Assembly: GCA_016787985.1 (NCBI GenBank)
Contig: JAEUTC010000043.1
Coordinates: 17,145-81,144, forward strand
Length of the DNA stretch: 64,000 bases
DNA from: Flavobacteriales bacterium
GTDB taxonomy: Bacteria > Bacteroidota > Bacteroidia > Flavobacteriales_F > PHOS-HE28
Direction of reading: 5' to 3'
Positions within the stretch are counted from its first letter, which is position 1. Each line of letters begins with the position of its first letter. The position numbers were made by a program, and so were the translations under genes. Positions 48,733 through 58,297 of this stretch are shown here, piece after piece. The notes under the pieces were generated by a model. That model made no database searches, was not told where the DNA came from, and saw only the letters and a program-made list of their open reading frames with translations.

Positions 48733-48998
48733 ATGTGAGTACAGGCTTCCTCATTTCTTGGCTGTAAACTTCACAAAGGTTCGGCCAAGTGATAGCCGGG
48801 TGGCCGGAGGGTGCCCCGTTAATCCAAGTCTCATTCAAAAAGGGTACTCAAAACACCACTTTGGAAAGAAGAAAGGTTGTCAAAGAACAACTTTGGCTGA
48901 TTCAGGGTGGACAAGAGTAGAACCAATTGCTAGTTAACTCAATTTATGGCTGTGCGATGTACGTTAATGCATGATGCACACACTAAAAGTAATTCATG

Positions 48999-49073
48999 TG
49001 GGCAATGCCGGATTCGAACCAGCGACCCCTACCTTGTCGAGGTAGTGCTCTGAACCAGCTGAGCTAATTGCCC
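48999..49073 (-). tRNA. tRNA-Val (anticodon GAC)
   Basis: rc = GGGCAATTAGCTCAGCTGGTTCAGAGCACTACCTCGACAAGGTAGGGGTCGCTGGTTCGAATCCGGCATTGCCCA. Perfect 7-bp acceptor, D stem GCTC/GAGC, anticodon stem CTACC/GGTAG with loop TCGACAA (GAC), T arm GCTGG-TTCGAAT-CCGGC. Close to E. coli tRNA-Val(GAC). No encoded CCA. Confidence 0.8.
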
Positions 49074-49189
49074 GTTCCCTGCGGAGGGCGGCAAATATAT
49101 GGTTCTGTGCCGGATTTGCGGCCCCTTGGTCCGATTTCTGATGGTCCGTCCGTGCACATCCTGATCGGGATCAGTCAGGTTGTGGTGCG

Positions 49190-49855
49190 TTGGCGCTAGT
49201 TTTGCGCCCGAAAGCCATGCCACCAGCCAAAGCAGCCACCAGCGGTAGGATCTTCCAGAATCCTGTTCTGGAAGCGCTCACCAAGACCCACATCGCCGTT
49301 CCCTTGACCATTTTCTTCGGTCTTGGCGCCGTTTCCGGGTATTTCTCGGTACATGTCATGGGGTTCTCGGTGCTCAACACCGTATCCATGTACTTGGTCG
49401 GTGCGCTTTTCTTCACCTTCATCGAGTACATCGCCCATCGCAAGTTGTACCACATGGGCACCTCAGGTAGTGAGCGGAAAGCCCGCATTCAGTACATCAT
49501 GCATGGCGTGCACCACGATCATCCGCGCGATAAGAAACGCCTGGCCCTCCCGCCCGTCGTTTCCGTGGTGCTGGCCACCCTGTTCATGGGCTTGTTCCGC
49601 TTGGTGCTCGGCCCCAGCGGCATTGCCTTCGGTGGTGGGTTCATGACCGGCTACGCCACCTATTTGATGGTCCACTACGCGGTGCATACCATGAATCCGC
49701 CCAAGAACATCTTCGGCGTGCTCTGGAAGCACCATAACCTGCACCACTATGTGGGCGACAAAGGCGCTTTTGGTGTGAGTTCGCCCCTTTGGGACTACGT
49801 CTTCGGTACCATGCCCGAGGACCCCAAGGCCGGTCGCCGTCCGGTTTCGGCCTGA
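49190..49855 (+). CDS. fatty acid hydroxylase / sterol desaturase superfamily membrane protein
   Basis: Histidine boxes HRKLYH, HGVHHDH, HNLHHY. 4 TM helices. The start could be the second ATG at 49217. Confidence 0.75.
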   Translation: MALVLRPKAMPPAKAATSGRIFQNPVLEALTKTHIAVPLTIFFGLGAVSGYFSVHVMGFSVLNTVSMYLVGALFFTFIEYIAHRKLYHMGTSGSERKARIQYIMHGVHHDHPRDKKRLALPPVVSVVLATLFMGLFRLVLGPSGIAFGGGFMTGYATYLMVHYAVHTMNPPKNIFGVLWKHHNLHHYVGDKGAFGVSSPLWDYVFGTMPEDPKAGRRPVSA

Positions 49856-49862
49856 TCCCGCC

Positions 49863-50678
49863 ATGCAGGCTGCACGCTTCGGGCTTTGGAGCTTGCGACC
49901 TGGAGCACGAGGTTGGTTCTTTCTGGTGCCGCTGTTCGGCCTGATCACGGCGTGCGGCGAACCCGATACCACCGGGATCCTCCTCATCGGCCATGGCGGC
50001 CTAGGGCCCGATGCCCCCCACCCTATGAACAGCCAAGAAGCTTTTGTGGGGGCTTTGGAACAGGGCTTGGACGGCGTGGAGATCGATGTGCAACTGACCA
50101 AGGACTCTCAGCTGGTGGCCCACCATGATCACGCCCTGAGCAGCAACGGCTGTTCGGGTCGCATCCACGACCATACCTGGAAGGAATTACAGATGTGTGA
50201 ACAGTCCGAGCAGGCCGAGGGTGCTTTCCATGGCGTGCAGGTCCCATCGTTGATCGAGGAGCTTCAACGTCGCTTTCCCAAAGCACACTACACCCTGGAT
50301 GTGAAACTGAATAGCGGGGCCGATTGGTGGAGCTACCTGCACACAACCGCCCGCGCCATCGCACGCCTACATGCACAGCTGGGATCTAAGGACAACCTCA
50401 CGGTGGAATGTCGTACGCCGGATCTCCTGCGCGCCATGGCCGAAAGCGCCCCTGGCGTGCCTTACCACTTGATCACCGAGGATGTGTCGAAGGACCTTTC
50501 GACCGCTGTGGCTCTCGGGTGCGCGGGCATTACGGTACAAGCGGATGCAGTGGATGCCGATGAGGCAGCGGCCATCCACGAAGCCGGTCTCGCATTGACG
50601 CTGTATGGAGTGGGATCTCCCTGGAGCTTGAAGCGTGCGATCGCCCTCAAGCCTGAAGCCATCCAAGTGGACCTTTAA
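49863..50678 (+). CDS. glycerophosphodiester phosphodiesterase family lipoprotein
   Basis: Lipobox LITAC-G. ...LLIGHGG...E.D.Q.TKD...V.HD... GDPD catalytic motifs. Confidence 0.8.
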   Translation: MQAARFGLWSLRPGARGWFFLVPLFGLITACGEPDTTGILLIGHGGLGPDAPHPMNSQEAFVGALEQGLDGVEIDVQLTKDSQLVAHHDHALSSNGCSGRIHDHTWKELQMCEQSEQAEGAFHGVQVPSLIEELQRRFPKAHYTLDVKLNSGADWWSYLHTTARAIARLHAQLGSKDNLTVECRTPDLLRAMAESAPGVPYHLITEDVSKDLSTAVALGCAGITVQADAVDADEAAAIHEAGLALTLYGVGSPWSLKRAIALKPEAIQVDL

Positions 50679-50681
50679 CGC

Positions 50682-52454
50682 TCACTGCGCTCGGATGAGG
50701 CGCAGGTCTTCCTGTTCGAGCATGATGGCATACTCGTTCCTGAATCCGTTCTCCGCACCGGTGCGGCTCATTCGGAAACCCATGTGCAACGGCTCCGTGC
50801 GCACCTGGTCGAAATGCTCAGCGAATCCAAGCCCTTCGGAGAGGAGCGCTTTGAGGTAGAAGAAGGTGACATCGAATCCCAGCAACGCGTACTCGTCCAC
50901 ATCGGTCTTGTACCGCTCGCGATAGGCCGTGGTGAAATCGAGCACTCGCGGGTCGGTTGGATCGAAGAAAATTCCGGCCGCGTAGGTGAAGTCCAAGACC
51001 TCAAGGTCCGTGATGGATACCGACGGCATGCCATACCATGACTCCATTCCGACCAAGCGGATCTTGTGTTTGGTGGCCATCCCTTTCAACTTCGTCACCA
51101 GCGCGGTCACGAACTCCACGTCCTCGCTCGGGGCCACGATCACATTGAGTCGGCCGGCGTCCAATTTGCTCATCAGATCCGCGAAATCGCGCTTACCGGG
51201 CTTGGCGACCAACACCGAATCACGCAACCGTTCACTGCGCTGCACCAAGACCTCGTTCAAGGCCACACGCACCTGGTCCTGGGTCTCCTTTTCATTGGCG
51301 ATCTCCGGACGGAGCAGGATCACGTTCGAGGCGGCGTACTTGTTGGCCACATAACGGGCTGCATGCTTCACCAGATCGGAGCGTGTGGGCACCACCTTGC
51401 TCACCGTAGGCATCCCCAGGATCACCTTATTGCTTTGCTGCACCGGACACACGATGTGCGCGCGCTGATTGGTGCGCGCGAGCTGCTCGATGGCAGTGCG
51501 ATGGAATGGGCCGATGAAGAGGTCGTACTCCTGGATCTCGGGCTTGCGGATCACGGTGTTCCAATCCTTCAGACCATCACCCATGTCCACCACGTCCACG
51601 TCGGCGTGCAGGCCGATCTTCCGCAGTGAATCGATGGCCATGCGGGCACCGTTATGGAACTGGATGGCCACACGGGTGGGTTCGTAGTAGGTGGCCTTTT
51701 CGCCGGAGGTCGCTCGGGAGAGCACGCTATCGTTGCGTTGGATGGAGAACGGGAGCAGCATGGCCACCTTGTAGCGCATGTGCTCCTTGATCCGCACCAA
51801 CGGCTCCGCCGGGCTTTCCTCCTCCACCGCGCTGGGTATGATGATCGAGGCACCCGTCTTCAACCCTTCGGGCAATCCTCCGTTGGCTGCGCGGATGGCT
51901 TCGGGGTCAACACCATAGCGCTTGCCCAACCCGAACAAAGTCTCGCCCGGCTGCACCGTGTGGTCGCCACCGGTGCCCGGCGTAGCTGGAAGCAAGGCTT
52001 TCGGCGGCGCACCACCCACCTTCGCCACCGGGATGATCAGTTCCATTCCCTCCTTCAATGTCAACCCCGCCGGATTGCGCTCGAGCAATTGGTTGATATC
52101 CACATTGTACAGCCTGGAGATCCCGAAGAGCGTCTCCTTCTTGCGGACCACGTGCACCAGTTCGCCATCGTTCCGCAGTACCGGCGCCGACTTCAACTCC
52201 TTCTTCACCACGGCATCCAGCGGTATGAGCACTTCCTCTCCGATGCTGAGTCCATCTTGCGCCGAAGGGTTGGAGGCGAGCAACACGTCCACCGGCACCG
52301 CCTTGGCCCGTGCGATCCCGAAAAGCGTTTGACCGGCTTCCACCACATGCACCGCATACTTGCGGCCGTTCAGCACGCGCTGCTCCTGTGCCAGGGATGC
52401 CAAAGCCTGGCAGGCACAGAAAAGAAAGGTCACGATGCGGAAGTTCACTCCCAT
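50682..52454 (-). CDS. LysM-repeat protein fused to periplasmic-binding-protein type 1 domain
   Basis: Signal peptide, then three LysM repeats (...[14 protein letters not shown]..., ...[23 protein letters not shown]..., ...[19 protein letters not shown]...). C-terminal ~370 aa is PBP1/ANF-receptor-like. Start at MGVNF. Confidence 0.7.
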   Translation of the reverse strand: MGVNFRIVTFLFCACQALASLAQEQRVLNGRKYAVHVVEAGQTLFGIARAKAVPVDVLLASNPSAQDGLSIGEEVLIPLDAVVKKELKSAPVLRNDGELVHVVRKKETLFGISRLYNVDINQLLERNPAGLTLKEGMELIIPVAKVGGAPPKALLPATPGTGGDHTVQPGETLFGLGKRYGVDPEAIRAANGGLPEGLKTGASIIIPSAVEEESPAEPLVRIKEHMRYKVAMLLPFSIQRNDSVLSRATSGEKATYYEPTRVAIQFHNGARMAIDSLRKIGLHADVDVVDMGDGLKDWNTVIRKPEIQEYDLFIGPFHRTAIEQLARTNQRAHIVCPVQQSNKVILGMPTVSKVVPTRSDLVKHAARYVANKYAASNVILLRPEIANEKETQDQVRVALNEVLVQRSERLRDSVLVAKPGKRDFADLMSKLDAGRLNVIVAPSEDVEFVTALVTKLKGMATKHKIRLVGMESWYGMPSVSITDLEVLDFTYAAGIFFDPTDPRVLDFTTAYRERYKTDVDEYALLGFDVTFFYLKALLSEGLGFAEHFDQVRTEPLHMGFRMSRTGAENGFRNEYAIMLEQEDLRLIRAQ

Positions 52455-54046
52455 TCGATGGTGGCCGGTGGTTTGGAACTGATGTCGTACACGACGCGGT
52501 TTACGCCGCGCACCCGGTTGATGATGCTGTTCGAGATCCGTGCCAGGAATTCGTACGGGAGGTGACACCAATCGGCGGTCATGCCATCGGTGCTGCTCAC
52601 GGCACGCAGGGCCACGGCGTTCTCGTAGGTGCGTTCATCGCCCATCACCCCCACGCTGCGGACCGGAAGCAGGATGGCACCCGCCTGCCACACCTGATCG
52701 TACAACCCCTCGTCGCGCAGGCCTTGGATGAAGATGTGATCCACTTCCTGAAGCAAGGCGACCTTTTCTGGGGTGATCTCGCCCAGGATGCGGATGGCGA
52801 GACCTGGGCCCGGGAAGGGATGCCTGCCGAGGATATTCGGATCAAGGTTCAGCTCCCGCCCTACCCGGCGCACTTCATCCTTAAAAAGTAGGCGCAGGGG
52901 CTCCACCACTTTCAGGTTCATGCGTTCAGGCAATCCACCTACGTTATGGTGGCTCTTGATGGTGACGCTGGGTCCGTTCACGCTCACGCTCTCGATCACA
53001 TCGGGGTAGATCGTGCCTTGGCCCAACCACTTCACGTCCTTGATCCGGTGGGCCTCCCGATCGAACACTTCGATGAAGGTCCTGCCGATGGCTTTGCGCT
53101 TGGCTTCGGGTTCCTCCAGACCTTTAAGGGCCGCATAGAACTCGTTCCGGGCATCCACCCCGGTGATGTTGAGACCCAGGTGCCGGTAGCTCTCGAGCAC
53201 TCTTGTGTATTCATCTTTCCGGAGCAAGCCATTGTCCACGAAAATGCAATGGAGCCTGTCGCCTATGGCCCTATCCAGCAAGAGGGCAGCCACCGAGCTG
53301 TCCACCCCACCGCTCAAGGCCAGCACCACCTGATCTTCGCCGAGCTGGCGTTGCAGGCTGGCCACGGTGCTCTCCACGAACCCGTGGGGGGTCCAATCGC
53401 CGTCGCAGCCGCAGATGCCGATCACGAAATTGTGGAGCAGCTGCAGTCCATCGGTGCTGTGGTACACCTCGGGGTGGAACTGGACGGCATAGGTGGGTGT
53501 TCCGAGCAGCTTGTAGGCGGCCACGGCCACCTCGGGGGTGCTGGCGATCACCTCCATGGCCTCGCTGGGTGCGGTAATGGTATCGCCGTGGCTCATCCAG
53601 ACCTGCGAACCGGCCTCGATGCCATCGAAGAGCTCATTCTGGGCGATGGTGGTGAGGTGGGCACGGCCATATTCCCGCACCTTGCTACGCTCCACCGGAG
53701 CTCCTGCCCGTTTAGCGAGCAATTGAGCCCCGTAACAGACGGCCAGTATCGGCAACCGACCAAGGAAGCCATTGATGTCGGTATCCGGCGCGTTCGGCTC
53801 ATGCACGCTGCTGGGGCTGCCACTGAGGATGACCCCGGCGATGTCCGGATCGTTCGCGAACTGTTGTGCCTTGGAGAAGGGATGGATCTCGCAGTACACA
53901 TTCAGCTCGCGTACACGCCTGGCAATGAGCTGAGTATACTGGGAGCCATGATCGAGGATGAGGATGGAGCGCGGCACCGTGGAGCGGCCCAGGATTGAAC
54001 AGCCCGGGGGGCTAAAAGTAGCCTTCGGCCGGGGTACGCTCCGCAT
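52445..54046 (-). CDS. guaA: GMP synthase (glutamine-hydrolysing)
   Basis: GATase: [20 protein letters not shown]...CYGAQ...H. ATP-PPase: LSGGVDSSV... C-terminal ...KPPATIEWE. The true start is probably an internal GTG near 53977. 10-nt overlap with the downstream gene start. Confidence 0.9.
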   Translation of the reverse strand: MRSVPRPKATFSPPGCSILGRSTVPRSILILDHGSQYTQLIARRVRELNVYCEIHPFSKAQQFANDPDIAGVILSGSPSSVHEPNAPDTDINGFLGRLPILAVCYGAQLLAKRAGAPVERSKVREYGRAHLTTIAQNELFDGIEAGSQVWMSHGDTITAPSEAMEVIASTPEVAVAAYKLLGTPTYAVQFHPEVYHSTDGLQLLHNFVIGICGCDGDWTPHGFVESTVASLQRQLGEDQVVLALSGGVDSSVAALLLDRAIGDRLHCIFVDNGLLRKDEYTRVLESYRHLGLNITGVDARNEFYAALKGLEEPEAKRKAIGRTFIEVFDREAHRIKDVKWLGQGTIYPDVIESVSVNGPSVTIKSHHNVGGLPERMNLKVVEPLRLLFKDEVRRVGRELNLDPNILGRHPFPGPGLAIRILGEITPEKVALLQEVDHIFIQGLRDEGLYDQVWQAGAILLPVRSVGVMGDERTYENAVALRAVSSTDGMTADWCHLPYEFLARISNSIINRVRGVNRVVYDISSKPPATIEWE

Positions 54047-54271
54047 CGAACAGAATGCGCGATCGATCGTGGAAAACGGGGCGGTCCCGGAGGCATCGAA
54101 GGGGGGCTACTCCACGTCTAAAGGACAGGTACGATAAGGGAGACTGTGGCAACCGGATCGGTGAACGGCACCAATGAAGTCATCAACAGCCGGTTGTTCG
54201 TATCCCGGATCGTGCGATCTTTGCCCATAGATGGTGTCTCCAATGACGCAGGCACCTTGAACGACCAGAAC

Positions 54272-57200
54272 ATGACCATGGGTAGCACCACACGTGCCAT
54301 CTTCCTTTCGGTTCTGTTCGGGCTGGTATCCCTCTCCCTACACGCCCAGCAGTTGCTGGATGATTTCAACCGCGCGGCGGACAACGTCGTAGGTGGAGGT
54401 TGGACGGAAACGGAGACGTCCTCTCCCACAGGCGCGCGCATCAATAGTGCGGGACAGCTGGAAATGGGCAGTACGACCCAAGGACGGGATTATGTGTCCC
54501 AGGACATCACGGGGCTATATGGCACCACGTTCGGTACCAATTCGTGCTTATTGACATGGTCTTTCTTCTTCCGACAAAGTCGAACAGACCCCAGTGGTTA
54601 TGCGCTCGGCGAGTACGCTGCGGCTTTCGTATTGGGTGCCACTACGGCCAATCTCAACACGGTGAGCAACGGCTATGCTGTGGTATTCGGTCAGAGCGGC
54701 TCCACTGACCCGATCCGATTGGTCCGTTTTGCTGGAGGTCTGTCGGGCACCTTGACCAACGTGATAACCGGCACGGGCGCCGGAGCGGATCTTGGGGCAG
54801 GTTACTATGGCGTGCGGGTGACATACGCACCAGCAACGAACACATGGACGTTGTACTTGGCCGTCCTTACGGCCGGAACATTTTCCAGCACCGCGCCAGC
54901 GGCCATTACCACATCGGTCGGATCGGCGGCCAACGCGTTCTACACCGGCACCAACCTTCCCTTTATCGGGGCCTACTGGAACCATGCGACCTCGGGCACT
55001 GATGCTGCCATATTCGACAATATCCACGTTCCTCAGCTCTGCATCCCCACGGTGAACCTCACCTCCACAGCAGGATCGGCAGGCGAGAACGTTGGTACCG
55101 TCACTGTGAATATCAGCATCTTCCCGGCAACGCTTACCGGAGGCAACATCGTGGTCACGGTGACCAATGGAACTGGGGTCGTGTATGGCGCTGGCAACGA
55201 CTACACCACGACCCCCGCCGTGGTCGGTACGGACATCACCATACCGGTCCTGGCCGGTGCTACGACCGCCTCCTTCACGATAGCAGTGAACGACGATGCG
55301 CTCGATGAAGGCAACGAGTTGATCTCCTTCGCCTTGAGCGCCACCACAGGTGACCTCGTTCTTGGATCGACGTTGGACTACGAACAGACCATCATCGACA
55401 ACGATGGTCCTCCGCAGATCAACTTCACCACGCTGAGTCAAACAAGGCTTGAGACTTCTGGAGGTTCGGTGGTGTTCAACCTCAGCATCAGTCCTCCCGC
55501 ACCGTCGGCGGGCAATGTCACGTTCAGTGTGACCCCGGGGATCGGTGCCGTTTGTGGCGTCGGACAGGATTATCAGGTACAAGGGTTCGCGTGTCCGACC
55601 CCCACGTTCACGGTCGCGATCCTTGCAGGGGCCACGAGTTTATCGTTCACCGTGAATTACTACGACGATGTGATGATCGTGGAGCCCACGGAGGATGTCA
55701 CCTTCACCATTACGAACACACCTTGGGGCGTAGGGGGCATCGGGGCGGCCAATTCCGGAGTGCTGTTCATCGCGGATAATGATTCCCCACCAACGGTGCT
55801 TGCTGCAGGAGACATCCTCATCGTAGGTGTGAACGCGAACAACGGAGCATGCCCCGGTGGTTCTACGGGTGAGGATTTCGTCAGCTTCTTCTCATTCAAG
55901 CCCATTCAGTTCGGCACACGGATCATCCTTACGGATAATGGGTATGAACGATGCACGCCTGGCCTATGGGGCAACACCGAAGGAACGGTGGAGATCCGAC
56001 GTACCGGTCCTGCAATACCGGCCGGTCAAGTCGTGACGATTAGGATCACCGGGACCAGTGGCACAGGCAATGTGATCGGCGTGGCGCCGGATGCGAATTG
56101 GACGTGCTCTTCGCTCAATGGAGGGACCTCTCTGGCACTTAATGTCGGTGGCGACCAACTGTTCTTCATGCAGGGTGGAACGTGGAACACGAATACCGTC
56201 GGCGGGAACAACGCCACGTACACGGGAACCGTGGTCTACGGATTCAGCACGAACCCAAGCTTCCCTTGGAGCCAAACGTGTCCTAGCCCAGCCGGCAACC
56301 AACGAAGCAATCTTCCACCTGGGATGAATTGTTTTAGCATGTCCCCCACCCTCGCTTCGGACTTTAACAAGTACATCGGTCCGTTGACGATCGCCTCCCA
56401 GCGCGATTGGATCATACGGCTTGACAATACGGCCAATTGGAGCACCTACGCGAATTGTGGCGCGTACAACAGTGCGTTGCCGAATTGGCTGCTCTCGCCG
56501 ACCCTACCCATCGCTCCAGGAACGCCAACACCTGGGCTGTGGAAGGGAAGCACCGCTCCCACAGGCACCGATTGGTTCGATTGTAAGAACTGGGACGACG
56601 CCACGGTGCCCACCCCAACCACCAACGTAAGGATCGACGAGACCGCGAACAACAACTGCGTCGTTGGTGTGACGGCTGGTGGGAACGCTGTTTGTGCAAG
56701 TTTGGTCCAAACCAACTTCGGCACGGCTCGGAACCTCACCATCCAGAATAACAGCAGTTTGGCGGTCGGGGGCCCCATTACGGTGCAGCGCACCAGCGCC
56801 GGCACTCCGATCTTCCTGACCGTTCTTGGGAACAGCACCCTCACTGCGACGAACTTCACGATACAAGGCACCGCGGCGAATGAGGCTCGCTTCGTGAACG
56901 AAGTTCCAGGGAACACCGTCTCCTTCTCCGGCGACCTCACCATCGGCACGGGTGGTTTCGTGGACCTCGCCGGGGCTGGTGTGGGCGGCACCATCTCCAT
57001 CGCAGGGAACTACAGCAATGCTGGACCCACGGAGGCCACCTTGGATGAGACCTTCGGGACCTTGCGGTTCAACGGACTCGGCTCCCAGAGCATTTCCACC
57101 AGTGGATTCCAGGAGGTGATGACGAACCTTTCGTTGAACAAGGCTGGCGGTAGCCTCACGTTGAATGCTCCGGTAGCGCTGCGCGGCGTGCTCACGCTCA

Positions 57201-58288
57201 CGAACGGCCTGGTCAACACCACGGCCACCGAACTGCTCACCCTGCGTGCTGGCAGCAGCGTATCAGGTGGCAGTGACCTCAGCCATGTGAATGGCCCCAT
57301 GGAGAAGATCGGTAACACGAACTTCACCTTCCCGGTGGGTAAAGGTGGCGACTACCGCCCCTGTGGCGTGAGCAGCATCAGCGGCTCGGTCACCGATGCG
57401 TTCCGGGCGGAGTACTTCCCTCTTTCTGCGGCGGTATGGGGCTCTACTGGAGACCCCACACTACACCATGTGAGCACGTGTGAATATTGGACCATCGACC
57501 GGAGCGTCGGCACACCGAATGCGGTGGTATCCCTCACTTGGGAAGCGCCAGCGAGCTGCGGTGTCACGGACCTGCCGGAGTTGCGCGTGGCCCGGTGGGA
57601 CGATACCGCCTTGCCCGCCCCAGGTACTTGGCGCGATCGCGGGAACGGAGGCGCAGCGGGCACCCTTGCGTCTGGCACCATTCCTACGGCAGCGGTGCAG
57701 AGCTTGTTCAACGCCACCACCACGGCTTGGACCTTGGCGTCCATCACCCAGAGCAACCCACTACCGATCGCACTCCTCGAGTTCAACGCCAAGCCGGAGG
57801 GCAGTGTGGTCCGCGTGGAATGGGCCACGGCCTCCGAGCGGGACAACGCCTTGTTCACGGTGGAACGAAGCCGCGATGGAGTGGCGTTCGAAACGGTGGC
57901 TAATGTGCCCGGTGCAGGTTCGAGCAACACCTTGCAGAGCTACTCGGAGATCGACCCATCACCGATCTCTGGCCTTAGTTACTATCGCCTGCGGCAGACC
58001 GATGTGGACGGTACGAGCACCGTCTCGAACATGGTGGCCGTGATGTTCGGCGCGTTGAGCGAACGACCGTTGGTGGTGTTCGGTGATGGCACGAATTGGA
58101 CCGCAGTGCACGGTTTCTCGGCAGGTAGCACCTATGAGATCGTGGACATGACCGGTAGGCGGATCCTGGGCGGGAACACGCTCATGGATGGTCGCACGGA
58201 CTTCTACGGCTTGGTGCTTTCCCGCGGCGCATATGTCCTGCGCATCACCGATGGTGAGCGCGTGGAAAGCCAGCGCTTCGTGTTTTGA
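54272..58288 (+). CDS. giant secreted protein with two Calx-beta domains, lamin-tail-like and beta-helix-like regions, conserved pre-CTD domain and T9SS C-terminal sorting domain
   Basis: Signal peptide at MTMGSTTRAIFLSVLFGLVSLSLHAQ. Calx-beta pattern ...GNIVVTVTNGTGVVYGAGNDYTTTP....ASFTIAVNDDALDEGNELISFALS... seen twice. C-terminal ...GAYVLRITDGERVESQRFVF CTD. Confidence 0.8.
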   Translation: MTMGSTTRAIFLSVLFGLVSLSLHAQQLLDDFNRAADNVVGGGWTETETSSPTGARINSAGQLEMGSTTQGRDYVSQDITGLYGTTFGTNSCLLTWSFFFRQSRTDPSGYALGEYAAAFVLGATTANLNTVSNGYAVVFGQSGSTDPIRLVRFAGGLSGTLTNVITGTGAGADLGAGYYGVRVTYAPATNTWTLYLAVLTAGTFSSTAPAAITTSVGSAANAFYTGTNLPFIGAYWNHATSGTDAAIFDNIHVPQLCIPTVNLTSTAGSAGENVGTVTVNISIFPATLTGGNIVVTVTNGTGVVYGAGNDYTTTPAVVGTDITIPVLAGATTASFTIAVNDDALDEGNELISFALSATTGDLVLGSTLDYEQTIIDNDGPPQINFTTLSQTRLETSGGSVVFNLSISPPAPSAGNVTFSVTPGIGAVCGVGQDYQVQGFACPTPTFTVAILAGATSLSFTVNYYDDVMIVEPTEDVTFTITNTPWGVGGIGAANSGVLFIADNDSPPTVLAAGDILIVGVNANNGACPGGSTGEDFVSFFSFKPIQFGTRIILTDNGYERCTPGLWGNTEGTVEIRRTGPAIPAGQVVTIRITGTSGTGNVIGVAPDANWTCSSLNGGTSLALNVGGDQLFFMQGGTWNTNTVGGNNATYTGTVVYGFSTNPSFPWSQTCPSPAGNQRSNLPPGMNCFSMSPTLASDFNKYIGPLTIASQRDWIIRLDNTANWSTYANCGAYNSALPNWLLSPTLPIAPGTPTPGLWKGSTAPTGTDWFDCKNWDDATVPTPTTNVRIDETANNNCVVGVTAGGNAVCASLVQTNFGTARNLTIQNNSSLAVGGPITVQRTSAGTPIFLTVLGNSTLTATNFTIQGTAANEARFVNEVPGNTVSFSGDLTIGTGGFVDLAGAGVGGTISIAGNYSNAGPTEATLDETFGTLRFNGLGSQSISTSGFQEVMTNLSLNKAGGSLTLNAPVALRGVLTLTNGLVNTTATELLTLRAGSSVSGGSDLSHVNGPMEKIGNTNFTFPVGKGGDYRPCGVSSISGSVTDAFRAEYFPLSAAVWGSTGDPTLHHVSTCEYWTIDRSVGTPNAVVSLTWEAPASCGVTDLPELRVARWDDTALPAPGTWRDRGNGGAAGTLASGTIPTAAVQSLFNATTTAWTLASITQSNPLPIALLEFNAKPEGSVVRVEWATASERDNALFTVERSRDGVAFETVANVPGAGSSNTLQSYSEIDPSPISGLSYYRLRQTDVDGTSTVSNMVAVMFGALSERPLVVFGDGTNWTAVHGFSAGSTYEIVDMTGRRILGGNTLMDGRTDFYGLVLSRGAYVLRITDGERVESQRFVF

Positions 58289-58297
58289 AGCTGTCGG

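Noticed and set aside
51654-52565. 303-aa plus-strand ORF (also 52946-53998, 350 aa)
   Set aside because: Antisense to the LysM-PBP gene and guaA, both of which have strong family signatures.
54047-54145. Purine riboswitch upstream of guaA
   Set aside because: The leader lacks the conserved purine-aptamer core. Only a short GGCTA-CTTT-TAGCC hairpin is present.
54548-55582. 344-aa minus-strand ORF
   Set aside because: Antisense to the Calx-beta giant gene.
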